Made by a program: the position numbers and the translations under genes. The notes beneath the pieces are model-generated. The model was not told the DNA's origin. It searched no databases and saw only the letters and a list, made by a program, of their open reading frames with translations. DNA of 64,000 nt from an uncultured Gemmatimonadales bacterium (GTDB lineage Bacteria > Gemmatimonadota > Gemmatimonadetes > Longimicrobiales > Longimicrobiaceae). The DNA is taken from assembly GCA_963716255.1 (NCBI GenBank), contig OY970303.1:8359712-8423711 (forward strand), in the 5' to 3' direction. This document shows, piece by piece, positions 17,468 to 25,096 of this stretch. Positions within the stretch are counted from its first letter, which is position 1. Each line of letters opens with the position of its first letter.

Positions 17468-17809
17468 CTAGTCCAGCAGGTAGATGCGGGAAACGTGCAT
17501 GCACCCGGTGACGCCGTCGCTCGTCCGCACCTGCCACCAGAGACCTTCCTGCTGGAAGGTCCGGAACACCTCGCCCTCGTACACCGCGGTCAGGATCTCG
17601 CTGGTCCCCGACGGAGCGCGCCGGACGTTGGTGAAGCCGTCCGGATCTTGGATCGATGCCCGCCGGTCGAAGACGGGCGCCTCCCGCCCCTCCGCGGGTA
17701 CGGCGTCGCCGCCGGCGCCGGCCGGCTCGGCGCGCCGCGCCTCGGCGGACGCATCGCCCACCCACACGGTCTCCGCCGTCTCCAGCCACGAATCGTTTCG
17801 CGCCTTCAT
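17468..17809 (-). CDS. SH3b-domain protein
   Basis: DPDGFTNVRRAPSGTSEI...GEVF...WWQVRTSDGVTG-MH-S; GGAGG before ATG 17809. Confidence 0.8.
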   Translation of the reverse strand: MKARNDSWLETAETVWVGDASAEARRAEPAGAGGDAVPAEGREAPVFDRRASIQDPDGFTNVRRAPSGTSEILTAVYEGEVFRTFQQEGLWWQVRTSDGVTGCMHVSRIYLLD

Positions 17810-17960
17810 GGCGGGACCTCCAGGATGAGCCGCAGAGGCGAGGCAGAGAAGCGCGGGCGGCAACCGCCCCGGAGCGGCGGCCAAATATCGGGCCCGGAAC
17901 GAGGCGACGCCAGGAAATCGTCCGCGGTTCCCGCGAGGATGCCGGGAAACAAGCAACAAG

Positions 17961-17999
17961 CAAAAGGTCCCGCGCACGGAAGCCGTGGCGGGACCTTTG
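17961..17999 (-). terminator. Intrinsic terminator of the tRNA operon
   Basis: AAAGGTCCCGC...GCGGGACCTTT stem ending in TTTTGCTTGTT on the minus strand. Confidence 0.8.
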
Positions 18000-18010
18000 T
18001 CGTACGTAAG

Positions 18011-18084
18011 TGGTCGATCAGGGACTCGAACCCCGGACCTCTCGCATGTGAGGCGAGCGCTCTAACCAACTGAGCTAATCGACC
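18011..18084 (-). tRNA. tRNA-Val(CAC)
   Basis: GGTCGAT/ATCGACC acceptor, CTCGC-CTCACAT-GCGAG anticodon arm, GGTTCGAGTCC T-arm; CCA not encoded. Confidence 0.95.
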
Positions 18085-18175
18085 GTATCGCAGGCCGGGG
18101 GGTACCCGCGCCTGCGCCAGGAAGTGGGCTGCTGCCTGCGGGGCCCTGACCCTTTGCCTCCCAGTCCTCTTTCCA

Positions 18176-18249
<74 letters not shown>

Positions 18250-18263
18250 ACACGTTGATCAAG

Positions 18264-18336
18264 TACCCCGTAGGGGAATCGAACCCCTGTTTACGCCGTG
18301 AGAGGGCGTTGTCCTAGGCCACTAGACGAACGGGGC
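18264..18336 (-). tRNA. tRNA-Glu(CTC)
   Basis: GCCCCGT/ACGGGGT acceptor, ACGCC-CTCTCAC-GGCGT anticodon arm, AGGGGTTCGATTCCCCT T-arm. Confidence 0.95.
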
Positions 18337-18357
18337 CTCAACTCCAAATAGCCACCC

Positions 18358-18386
18358 AACTTACCCCGTTCTCGCCGGCCTGTCAA
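18358..18386 (-). promoter_or_regulatory. Sigma70 promoter of the tRNA-Glu/fMet/Val operon
   Basis: TTGACA-N17-TAAGTT, 21 nt upstream of tRNA-Glu. Confidence 0.8.
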
Positions 18387-18401
18387 GGCCTCAACCGGGA
18401 G

Positions 18402-18443
18402 AGGCGCCGCCCGGATTCGAACCGGGGGTCGAGGATTTGCAGT
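18402..18443 (-). pseudogene. 3' half of tRNA-Cys(GCA); probable att site
   Basis: A-CTGCAAA-TCCTC-GACC-CCCGGTTCGAATCCGGG-CGGCGCC-T (anticodon loop to U73); 5' half absent, replaced by AT-richer sequence. Confidence 0.88.
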
Positions 18444-18999
18444 TATATCTAGCCGTTTTCGTCCGTTTGCGCAAGTCGGCATTTTCCCTGCTGCCACGCG
18501 GGTTTTCGCCCTCCCCGCTCCACATCCGAATACCACTTGGTCGCGTCGGTTTCCAGGCTCCTGGCCCCACGGGTGGCCCCCACGATTGCGAGCCATGACA
18601 GAGGGTCGGCAGTAGCGCGGGAGCGGGGACCAACCCCCGTCCTACCAGCCACCCTAAGCCGCCTGCCCTTAGGTCCACCGGCGGGGTAAAGGTAAGGGAA
18701 GTACCGTGGCCGGACTAGTTGGCTCAGGTCGCCGGTCCGCCACTTCACCCAACCGCTGTACTCGGCCTCCGGGAAGGTCCAGCCCTGGCTCATGGTGCTG
18801 GCGATCCACACGGCCGGAGGTAAGCCACCACATCAAAACGGACGAGTCAGATGGCGCGCGCAAACCGAGGTTCGGGGCTCGCCGGCCCCGGGCAGGCAGT
18901 ACCAGCCGAATTGCACCGTCGAATGGAGGAACGGGAAGTGTTGGCGACCACCGGGCGTGAGGAGCAGGACGGAAGCCACTCACAGGGGAGCCGGACACC

Positions 19000-19479
19000 A
19001 TGAGCGCATCGAAATGGCGGGGCTGGCTCCAGACCATCCCGACCGACATGCCCGACATGCCCGACGAGTACCCCGTACCAATCCCGGCGGGAGTGCCGCG
19101 GGAGCTGGCCGCCCCCGTCCGTGAGGAGGACCCGCCCGCAGCCCCAGCCGACCAGGAGGCGGCAGAGCCGAGCTGGAGGGAGCGGCTTTGGACTGCACCA
19201 GCCGAGACCCGGGTCGGCCCGGCTGAGGTGTGTGAAGCGCTGGGGAGGCCGCGCAGCTGGCTGTACCGCCACACGTCGAAGAAGAGCACCACCGGAGACG
19301 GGGCGTACTCCCGCATCCCTCACCGTAAGCTGGAGGCCGACCTGGTGTTCGTGGTGAGCGAGCTACGCGAGTGGATCCGGCAGAATGAGGACGTCGTGCA
19401 GGGGAACCACGCCGAGCGCTCCGCGGCCGAGCGGGGACACCTGCGCGAAATCCCCACTCGCCGCACAGGGGCTCGCTGA
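19000..19479 (+). CDS. Excisionase/AlpA-like helix-turn-helix protein
   Basis: [19 protein letters not shown]...IPHRKL...[22 protein letters not shown]. Confidence 0.7.
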   Translation: MSASKWRGWLQTIPTDMPDMPDEYPVPIPAGVPRELAAPVREEDPPAAPADQEAAEPSWRERLWTAPAETRVGPAEVCEALGRPRSWLYRHTSKKSTTGDGAYSRIPHRKLEADLVFVVSELREWIRQNEDVVQGNHAERSAAERGHLREIPTRRTGAR

Positions 19480-19481
19480 CG

Positions 19482-19725
19482 GGCAGGAAGGCGATGTTCG
19501 CGCGGATAGTCCGCTCCGCCTTGCGCGCGAGCCGGATCGTGGTCGCGAGCCTGGAAAGGTCGTCCACGATCAGCGCGATATCGGCCGTCTCCAACGCCAT
19601 GTCGGTGCCACCCGCCCCCATCCCCCGCCCCATCGCCACGCCCCCATTTGCCACGCCCACCTTGGCCGCCGCCAAGCGCGGGCGCGTCGTTGACCCCGTC
19701 GCCCACGAAGAGCACCGCGCCGTGC
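19482..19725 (-). pseudogene. Frameshifted fragment of a heavy-metal P1B-type ATPase
   Basis: [14 protein letters not shown] / frameshift near 19675 / [48 protein letters not shown]. Confidence 0.85.
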
Positions 19726-20554
19726 CCCGTTCGAGGGTTCAGGTCGCACTGGGGGGCATGCGGACCGGCCGTCCGGATCTTCATGGCTCAGTATGAGGCG
19801 ACCGTCGGGCGCCTCTTCCCCGGCCTGTACCACCTTCACGTCGTGTACGACTACCGACGCCTGCGCGCCAAGGAGCAGCGGGCCACGGACGAGCCCCGCT
19901 CGCCGTCCGACCAGTGGCAGGACCACGGTGCGGGCACGCACCAGGTCCGCGTGCGGTGACTCTCCGCGGGCCGTGAGTCGCCGTCCGGCCACACCGACCC
20001 GATGCACCGCTCTGTCCCGGTGACAAGAACCGTGCGTGCCTCACCCTGGTGGCCGCTTCGCCTTCCCAGGACCGCGTCTCGATTCACTGCATCGGTCCGC
20101 GCCCGTTCCCCGTCGGCGCATCCTTCTCTGCTCGCGCCAACCGTCTGAGTCCCGGAACCTCATTCCTCCCGACACGCCGGCATGGCCGGGGGGCGGCGCA
20201 GTGCGCCGCCCCCCGGCCCTCTATTGCTTGCGCTGTAACGCTTTCTCCGCACATGGGGTAATCCAAAATGACGCAGAAGCGACGACCCGCTCCGAGTCGG
20301 TGTCCCGACCGGCGAGGACCGCGTCGGACACGGTGGCCCGCGGCGCGCGCTTCCCCCCGGTCGCCTGCTCCACCCCCGCGCGCCGGCGGCCGGGACGACC
20401 GAGTCGACCTCCACGGTGATCCGGGCCGGGGTGGGGGTCGCTTCCACCGAGTCCCCGGCCACCTTGGCCCCGTACCCGTGTGGCGCCTGGGCCCGGCCGC
20501 AGCGGCTCGAGGAAGGCCGCCTTAGTGAAGGAGTAGCGCCCCCCACGGTCGCTC

Positions 20555-20606
20555 TTGACTTCCCTTCCCGCCGCCGCTACTCATTCGCCCAGGGTGAAAT
20601 TTCACC
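20555..20606 (+). promoter_or_regulatory. Promoter and perfect palindromic operator of the blaI-like gene
   Basis: TTGACT-N17-TACTCA followed by GGTGAAA|TTTCACC (20593-20606). Confidence 0.7.
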
Positions 20607-20657
20607 ACCCCGTATTTTCATCACTCTGTATCGACGCCATCATCCAGGGAGCACCGC

Positions 20658-21053
20658 GTGGCCAGGTCCCCCGATGCGAAGCTCAGCCGCCGCGAGCGGC
20701 AGATCATGGACATCATCTACCGTCGCGGGCGGGCGACCGCCGCGGAGGTGATGGGCGACCTCCCGGACCCGCCCACCAACGACGCGGTCCGCGCGGCGAT
20801 CCGGCTGCTGGAGTCCAAGGGCCATCTCAAGCACGAGGAAGACGGGCCGCGCTACGTTTACCTGCCCACGGTGCCGCGGGAAGCCGCCAGCCAGTCCGCG
20901 CTGAGGCACATCGTGCGCACCTTCTTCAACAGCTCGCCCGAGCTGATGGTGACGGCGCTCTTCGAGAGCGACGACGTGCGGCCATCCGCGCAGCAGTTGG
21001 ACCGCATCGCCGCGCTCATCGAGCAGGTCCGGAAGCAGGACGGGAAGTCGTGA
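20658..21053 (+). CDS. BlaI/MecI/CopY-family transcriptional repressor
   Basis: LSRRERQIMDIIY...ATAAEV...VR--IRLLESKGHL-H--DGPRYVY...FFNSSPE. Confidence 0.92.
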   Translation: MARSPDAKLSRRERQIMDIIYRRGRATAAEVMGDLPDPPTNDAVRAAIRLLESKGHLKHEEDGPRYVYLPTVPREAASQSALRHIVRTFFNSSPELMVTALFESDDVRPSAQQLDRIAALIEQVRKQDGKS

Positions 21054-23224
21054 GCGGACCGATAGAGCTCGCCGCTCTCTCGCCGGACGCGGCGCACTGG
21101 GGGGGCCTCCTGGTGACCGCCGGGGTGAAGAGCGGGGCTGTCCTGGTGCTGGCACTGACCCTGGCCCGCCTCCTCCGTGGCGCCTCCGCGGCGCTGCGCC
21201 ACCTGGCCCTCAGCACCGCGCTCGCTGCGGCGCTGGCGCTGCCGCTCCTCTCGGCCGTCGTGCCCGCCTGGCAGGTGCGCGTCCTTCCCGCGCTGCCGAA
21301 CGGGCCGTGGGCCCGCCCGGCTGCCGGGACCGCTCCGGCGGCGACTCCGTCCGCGGAAGCCGCCCGCCCCGACGGGGCCGCGCCCCGGACGGCGGTCGGC
21401 GCGCCCGGCGCACTCCCGGATGGGGCGAATGCGGCCGCCGGACCGGCCGGGTGGAGCCTGCCGGAGGCGCTCGGCTACCTCTGGCTCCTGGGCGTCGGAG
21501 TGCTCCTGGTGCGGCTGGGGGCCGGCTGTCTGCGGCTGCGGTCGCTGGCGCGCGGCGCGGAGCCGCTCCACGACGAGGGCTGGGCCCGGCTCGCTGGGCG
21601 GGTGGCCGGACAGCTGGGGCTCGCCGGGCCGGTCCCGCTCCGCCGCTGCCGGGCGGAGGTGGTGCCGATGGTGTGGGGCGTGCTCCGTCCGGTGGTCCTC
21701 CTCCCCGCGGGGTGCCGCGCGTGGACGGATGACCGGCGGGAGGTGGTGCTTCTCCACGAGATGGCGCACGTCCGGCGCCGCGACCCCCTGGCGCACGTCG
21801 TCGCCCAGCTCTGCCAGGCCGTCTACTGGTTCAATCCCCTGGTCTGGATGACGGAGCGGCGCCTGCGCGAGGAGCGCGAGCGCGCCTGCGACGACCACGT
21901 GCTGAGCGCCGGCGCCGACGCCACCGAGTACGCCAGCCACCTGCTGCAGATCGTCCGCTCCTTCGGGACGGGCACGTCCGCGTCCCCCGCCCTGGCGATG
22001 GCCAGGCGCTCCCAGTTCGAGGGGCGCATGCTCGCGATCCTCGACCCCGGGCTTCGCCGCTCCAGGATCTCGCGCGCGACGGCGGGGTGGATGGGGACGC
22101 TCACGCTGCTCGCGGTGCTCCCGCTCGCCGCGCTGACCCCGGTCGCACGGCCGGTGGAGGGGGCCGCCACCGAGGCGCCGTACGGCCTGGGCGGGCCGCT
22201 GGTCATCCCCACCTTCCCGGACTCGGCGCCGCTCCAGATCCGCGCGGTCGCGCTCCAGTACCGGATCCCGGAGGAGCTGGCCGCGGCCATCGTCCGCGCG
22301 GCGCGCGACGAGGGGCTGGACCTCGGGCTCGCGGTGCTCCTCGTCCGCACCGAGAGCGGCTTCCGCGAGGACCTGGTCACCCCCTGGGGCGCCGTCGGGC
22401 TCACGCAGACGCTGCCGTCCACCGCGGCGGCGCTGGAGCCGGGGATTACCCGAGCGAGGCTCGCCGAGCGCGACACCAACCTGCGCCTCGGCTTCCGCCA
22501 CCTGCGCACGCTGCTGGAGCGCTACGAGGGGGACGCGGCGCTGGCGCTGACCGCGTACCACACCGGCCCCCGCGCGGTCGAGCGGATGCGCGACGCAGGG
22601 ATCGGGAGCGCCGCCGTGGGCACCGGCGGCGAGGAGGGCGCGCCCGCAGCGGAGACGCGGCGGCAGGCACCGCCGCGGACCCAGACCGACCGCATGGTGG
22701 ACATGATCGCCGGGGACGGCGACAGGGCCGCCTTCCTCCTCGCCTCGCTCGACGGCTCCCCCGGCGAGGCCCTCTTCCTGGACGTAATCCGCGCGAGCGC
22801 GCGGATCGGCGCCGGGGGAGACCGGCGCCGGGTGCTCCTGGCCGTGCTGTCCCGGCGGGTCCCCGGGGAGGCCGCGCTCGCGGCGGCGGTAGACGCCACC
22901 GCGGGGATGGCGGACGGAGACCGGGCGGCGGTTCTTCTCGCCGCGGTCGGCCGCCATGGGCTCCCGGGCGGCGCCGCGGCGGAGGAGCGCCTGCTGGGAC
23001 ACGTGCTGGACGGAGCGGCACAGATCGGCTCCGACGGCGACAGGGTGGGCGTCCTCATCGCCGTGGCGAAGACCGGCCCGCTCTCCGCGTCGCTGGAGGG
23101 GCGCTACCGCGCGGTGGCCGGGACGCTGCGGTCGGAGGGGAGCCGCCGGGCCGCCCTCTCGGCCCTCGCCGGGGACGGAGCCGCGCGGATCGGTCGCGGA
23201 GCGCCCCCTCCGCCGGCACCGTGA
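21050..23224 (+). CDS. BlaR1-type M56 metalloprotease fused to an SLT lytic-transglycosylase domain and C-terminal SDGD helical repeats
   Basis: GTGA overlap with blaI; 4 TM segments; LLHEMAHVRRRD, YWFNPLVW, ERACDD; then RTESGF, GAVGLTQ, NLRLGFRHL, ALTAYHTG; then five SDGD-like repeats. Confidence 0.88.
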   Translation: MSGPIELAALSPDAAHWGGLLVTAGVKSGAVLVLALTLARLLRGASAALRHLALSTALAAALALPLLSAVVPAWQVRVLPALPNGPWARPAAGTAPAATPSAEAARPDGAAPRTAVGAPGALPDGANAAAGPAGWSLPEALGYLWLLGVGVLLVRLGAGCLRLRSLARGAEPLHDEGWARLAGRVAGQLGLAGPVPLRRCRAEVVPMVWGVLRPVVLLPAGCRAWTDDRREVVLLHEMAHVRRRDPLAHVVAQLCQAVYWFNPLVWMTERRLREERERACDDHVLSAGADATEYASHLLQIVRSFGTGTSASPALAMARRSQFEGRMLAILDPGLRRSRISRATAGWMGTLTLLAVLPLAALTPVARPVEGAATEAPYGLGGPLVIPTFPDSAPLQIRAVALQYRIPEELAAAIVRAARDEGLDLGLAVLLVRTESGFREDLVTPWGAVGLTQTLPSTAAALEPGITRARLAERDTNLRLGFRHLRTLLERYEGDAALALTAYHTGPRAVERMRDAGIGSAAVGTGGEEGAPAAETRRQAPPRTQTDRMVDMIAGDGDRAAFLLASLDGSPGEALFLDVIRASARIGAGGDRRRVLLAVLSRRVPGEAALAAAVDATAGMADGDRAAVLLAAVGRHGLPGGAAAEERLLGHVLDGAAQIGSDGDRVGVLIAVAKTGPLSASLEGRYRAVAGTLRSEGSRRAALSALAGDGAARIGRGAPPPPAP

Positions 23225-23278
23225 CCGGCCCGGGCGAGCCCGGCCGGCCCACGCGCGATTGATCCGCACGTCCCGGCA

Positions 23279-23294
23279 TGGCGAAATTTCACCA
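23279..23294 (+). promoter_or_regulatory. Second copy of the operator palindrome
   Basis: TGGCGAAA|TTTCACCA, one mismatch to the 20593-20606 core, 21 nt before ATG 23316. Confidence 0.7.
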
Positions 23295-23315
23295 CTTTTT
23301 TCCACGAGGATCCAG

Positions 23316-24272
23316 ATGAAGAAGACGTACCCATCCCCGGGCCTTGTCGCGGCGCTCTGCGCCGGAGTGCTGCTCTACTCTCACGCGCCCTCCGCCGCCT
23401 CACAGGACCGCGGCACGCACGTACAGTGGGTGGAGGGTGAGAGGATGGTCCAGGTGAACGCGGAGGGCGAGGTGGAGTTCGCCGCCGACAACACGGACGT
23501 GCTGCGGATCTCTCCCGGCGGCCGGCTGGCCGTGGAGGAGCAGCGCCGGGGGCGCCCCGTCCACCGGGTGGAGTTCGCCCCGGCGGGCGGCGAGCTCCGC
23601 CGGACGTACTTCGCTGACGGACGGAGGCGCGAGATGGATGCGGCCGCCCGGGCCTGGCTGGCGGGGGTCCTCCCGGAAGTGGCCCGGGAGAGCGCGATCG
23701 GGGCCGAGCGGCGCGTGGAGCGGCTCGTGGCCCGGGGTGGGATCGCCGGGGCCGTCCGCGAGGTGAGGAGGACGCGCAGCGACCAGGCGAAGCGCACCTA
23801 CTACTCGCTCCTGCTGCGCAGACCCGGCCTGGAGCCGGAGAGCAGCGCGCAGGTGCTGGAGGCCGCGGCACGGACCATCGCTTCCGACGGCGACAAGAGC
23901 ATGCTCCTCGCCCCCCTGGCGACGGTGATCCCGCTGCGATCGGAGGCGGTCCGGCGCGCGTACTTCGCGGCGGTGGCGAGCATCCGGAGCGGCGGCGACC
24001 GGAGGCGCGTCCTCACCTCGGTGCTGCGCGGCCGGGAGGTGTCGCCCACGGTCGCCGCCGCCGCGCTCCGCGCCGCGGCAACCATCCAGGGCGACGGGGA
24101 CAAGGCGGCGGTCCTCCTGAGTCTCCCCCGCGGCCTGCGCACGGAAAGCGAGGTCCGCCGCAGCTACCTCAGTGCTGCCAGTACCATCGGCTCCGACGGC
24201 GACCGCGCCCGCGTCCTCGCCTACCTGTCCGCGCCGTCAGCCGCGGCAGCCGTTTCCACCTCCGCCGGCTAG
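23316..24272 (+). CDS. Secreted protein with beta-rich N-domain and SDGD helical repeats
   Basis: GAGGA RBS; signal-peptide-like N-terminus; IASDGDKSMLL, IRSGGDRRRVL, IQGDGDKAAVL, IGSDGDRARVL. Confidence 0.85.
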   Translation: MKKTYPSPGLVAALCAGVLLYSHAPSAASQDRGTHVQWVEGERMVQVNAEGEVEFAADNTDVLRISPGGRLAVEEQRRGRPVHRVEFAPAGGELRRTYFADGRRREMDAAARAWLAGVLPEVARESAIGAERRVERLVARGGIAGAVREVRRTRSDQAKRTYYSLLLRRPGLEPESSAQVLEAAARTIASDGDKSMLLAPLATVIPLRSEAVRRAYFAAVASIRSGGDRRRVLTSVLRGREVSPTVAAAALRAAATIQGDGDKAAVLLSLPRGLRTESEVRRSYLSAASTIGSDGDRARVLAYLSAPSAAAAVSTSAG

Positions 24273-24712
24273 CTGGCGCTCCTGATCGCGCTCGCCGGCC
24301 TCGTCCCGGGCGTTGCGGCACAGGCGGGCGGGGCCGGCCCCCGCCCGGAGGCGCGGGCGGTGAGGATCGACGGCGGTGTCCCGGAGATCGATGGCCGGAT
24401 CGCCGCCGCCGCGTGGGAGCAGGCGCAGTCGATCACCGGCTTCGTGCAGAAGGCCCCCGACGAGGGCGCGCCGGCGCCGGAGCGCACCGAAGTGCGGGTA
24501 CTGTACGACGCGGACGCCCTGTACGTGGGAGCGCGGCTGTACACCTCGGCCCCGGCCTCCATCCAGGCGCCGGTGGGCCGGCGTGACCAGGGAGGCCAGG
24601 CCGACCAGCTCCTGGTCTCACTCGACACCTACCTCGACCGCCGCACCGTCCACACCTTCGGCGTCACTGCCACGGGAGTGCGCCTGGACCGTCTACCACC
24701 CGGCGGACGTTG
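24273..24712 (+). pseudogene. N-terminal fragment of a CBM9-like (DUF5916-type) secreted protein
   Basis: Signal-like LALLIALAGLVPGVAAQ without a start codon; PEIDGRI----WEQA, FVQ--PDEGAPAPERTEVRVLYD--ALYVG, LDTYLDRRT--TFGV; frameshift near 24690. Confidence 0.7.
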
Positions 24713-24732
24713 GTGCCGGCGGGAGGGCGGAC

Positions 24733-25096
24733 GCGCCCCAGCCACTCGGCCGCGGCCTCCGGGTCGTCGAGGAAGTTGAAGTGGATCACCCGCTGGACGT
24801 GCGCGAGCACGTCGCGCCCCCAGACGGGGAGAACGGCCTCCACCTCGTCGGCGATCCGCTATGGAGGAGGTCCGCCGTGGCTCTCCGCCTGCGCCCAGCC
24901 GAAGGCGTGGAACAGCTCCGGGGTGCTCCCGGCGTACACGTGCGGCACGCCCCACCGGTCCCAGAGGATTTCCGCCCGGCCCGCGGCGGGCTCCGCCGGC
25001 GGCGGGACGCAGGAGGGCGCCGCGAGCGCGGCCGACAGGGCCAGCGCCGTCCGCCGCGCCGTCCGCGCGACGGTGCGGCGGAAAGTGAGGGAGCCC
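24733..25096 (-). pseudogene. Relic of a penicillin/glutaryl-7-ACA acylase (Ntn-hydrolase) alpha chain
   Basis: [13 protein letters not shown]...[13 protein letters not shown], then after frameshift/deletion RIADEVEAVLPV / DVLAHVQRVIHFNF; no beta chain. Confidence 0.8.

Noticed and set aside
18402..18480. Intact or intron-split tRNA-Cys
   Set aside because: No D-arm or 5' acceptor strand seen upstream in the window and no recognisable group I intron core; an att fragment fits better
18449..18990. Short ORFs or an integrase at the island edge
   Set aside because: No tyrosine or serine recombinase motifs seen; ORFs unsupported
24270..24272. Programmed TAG readthrough (pyrrolysine)
   Set aside because: No pyl genes in the window and the downstream frame is itself truncated
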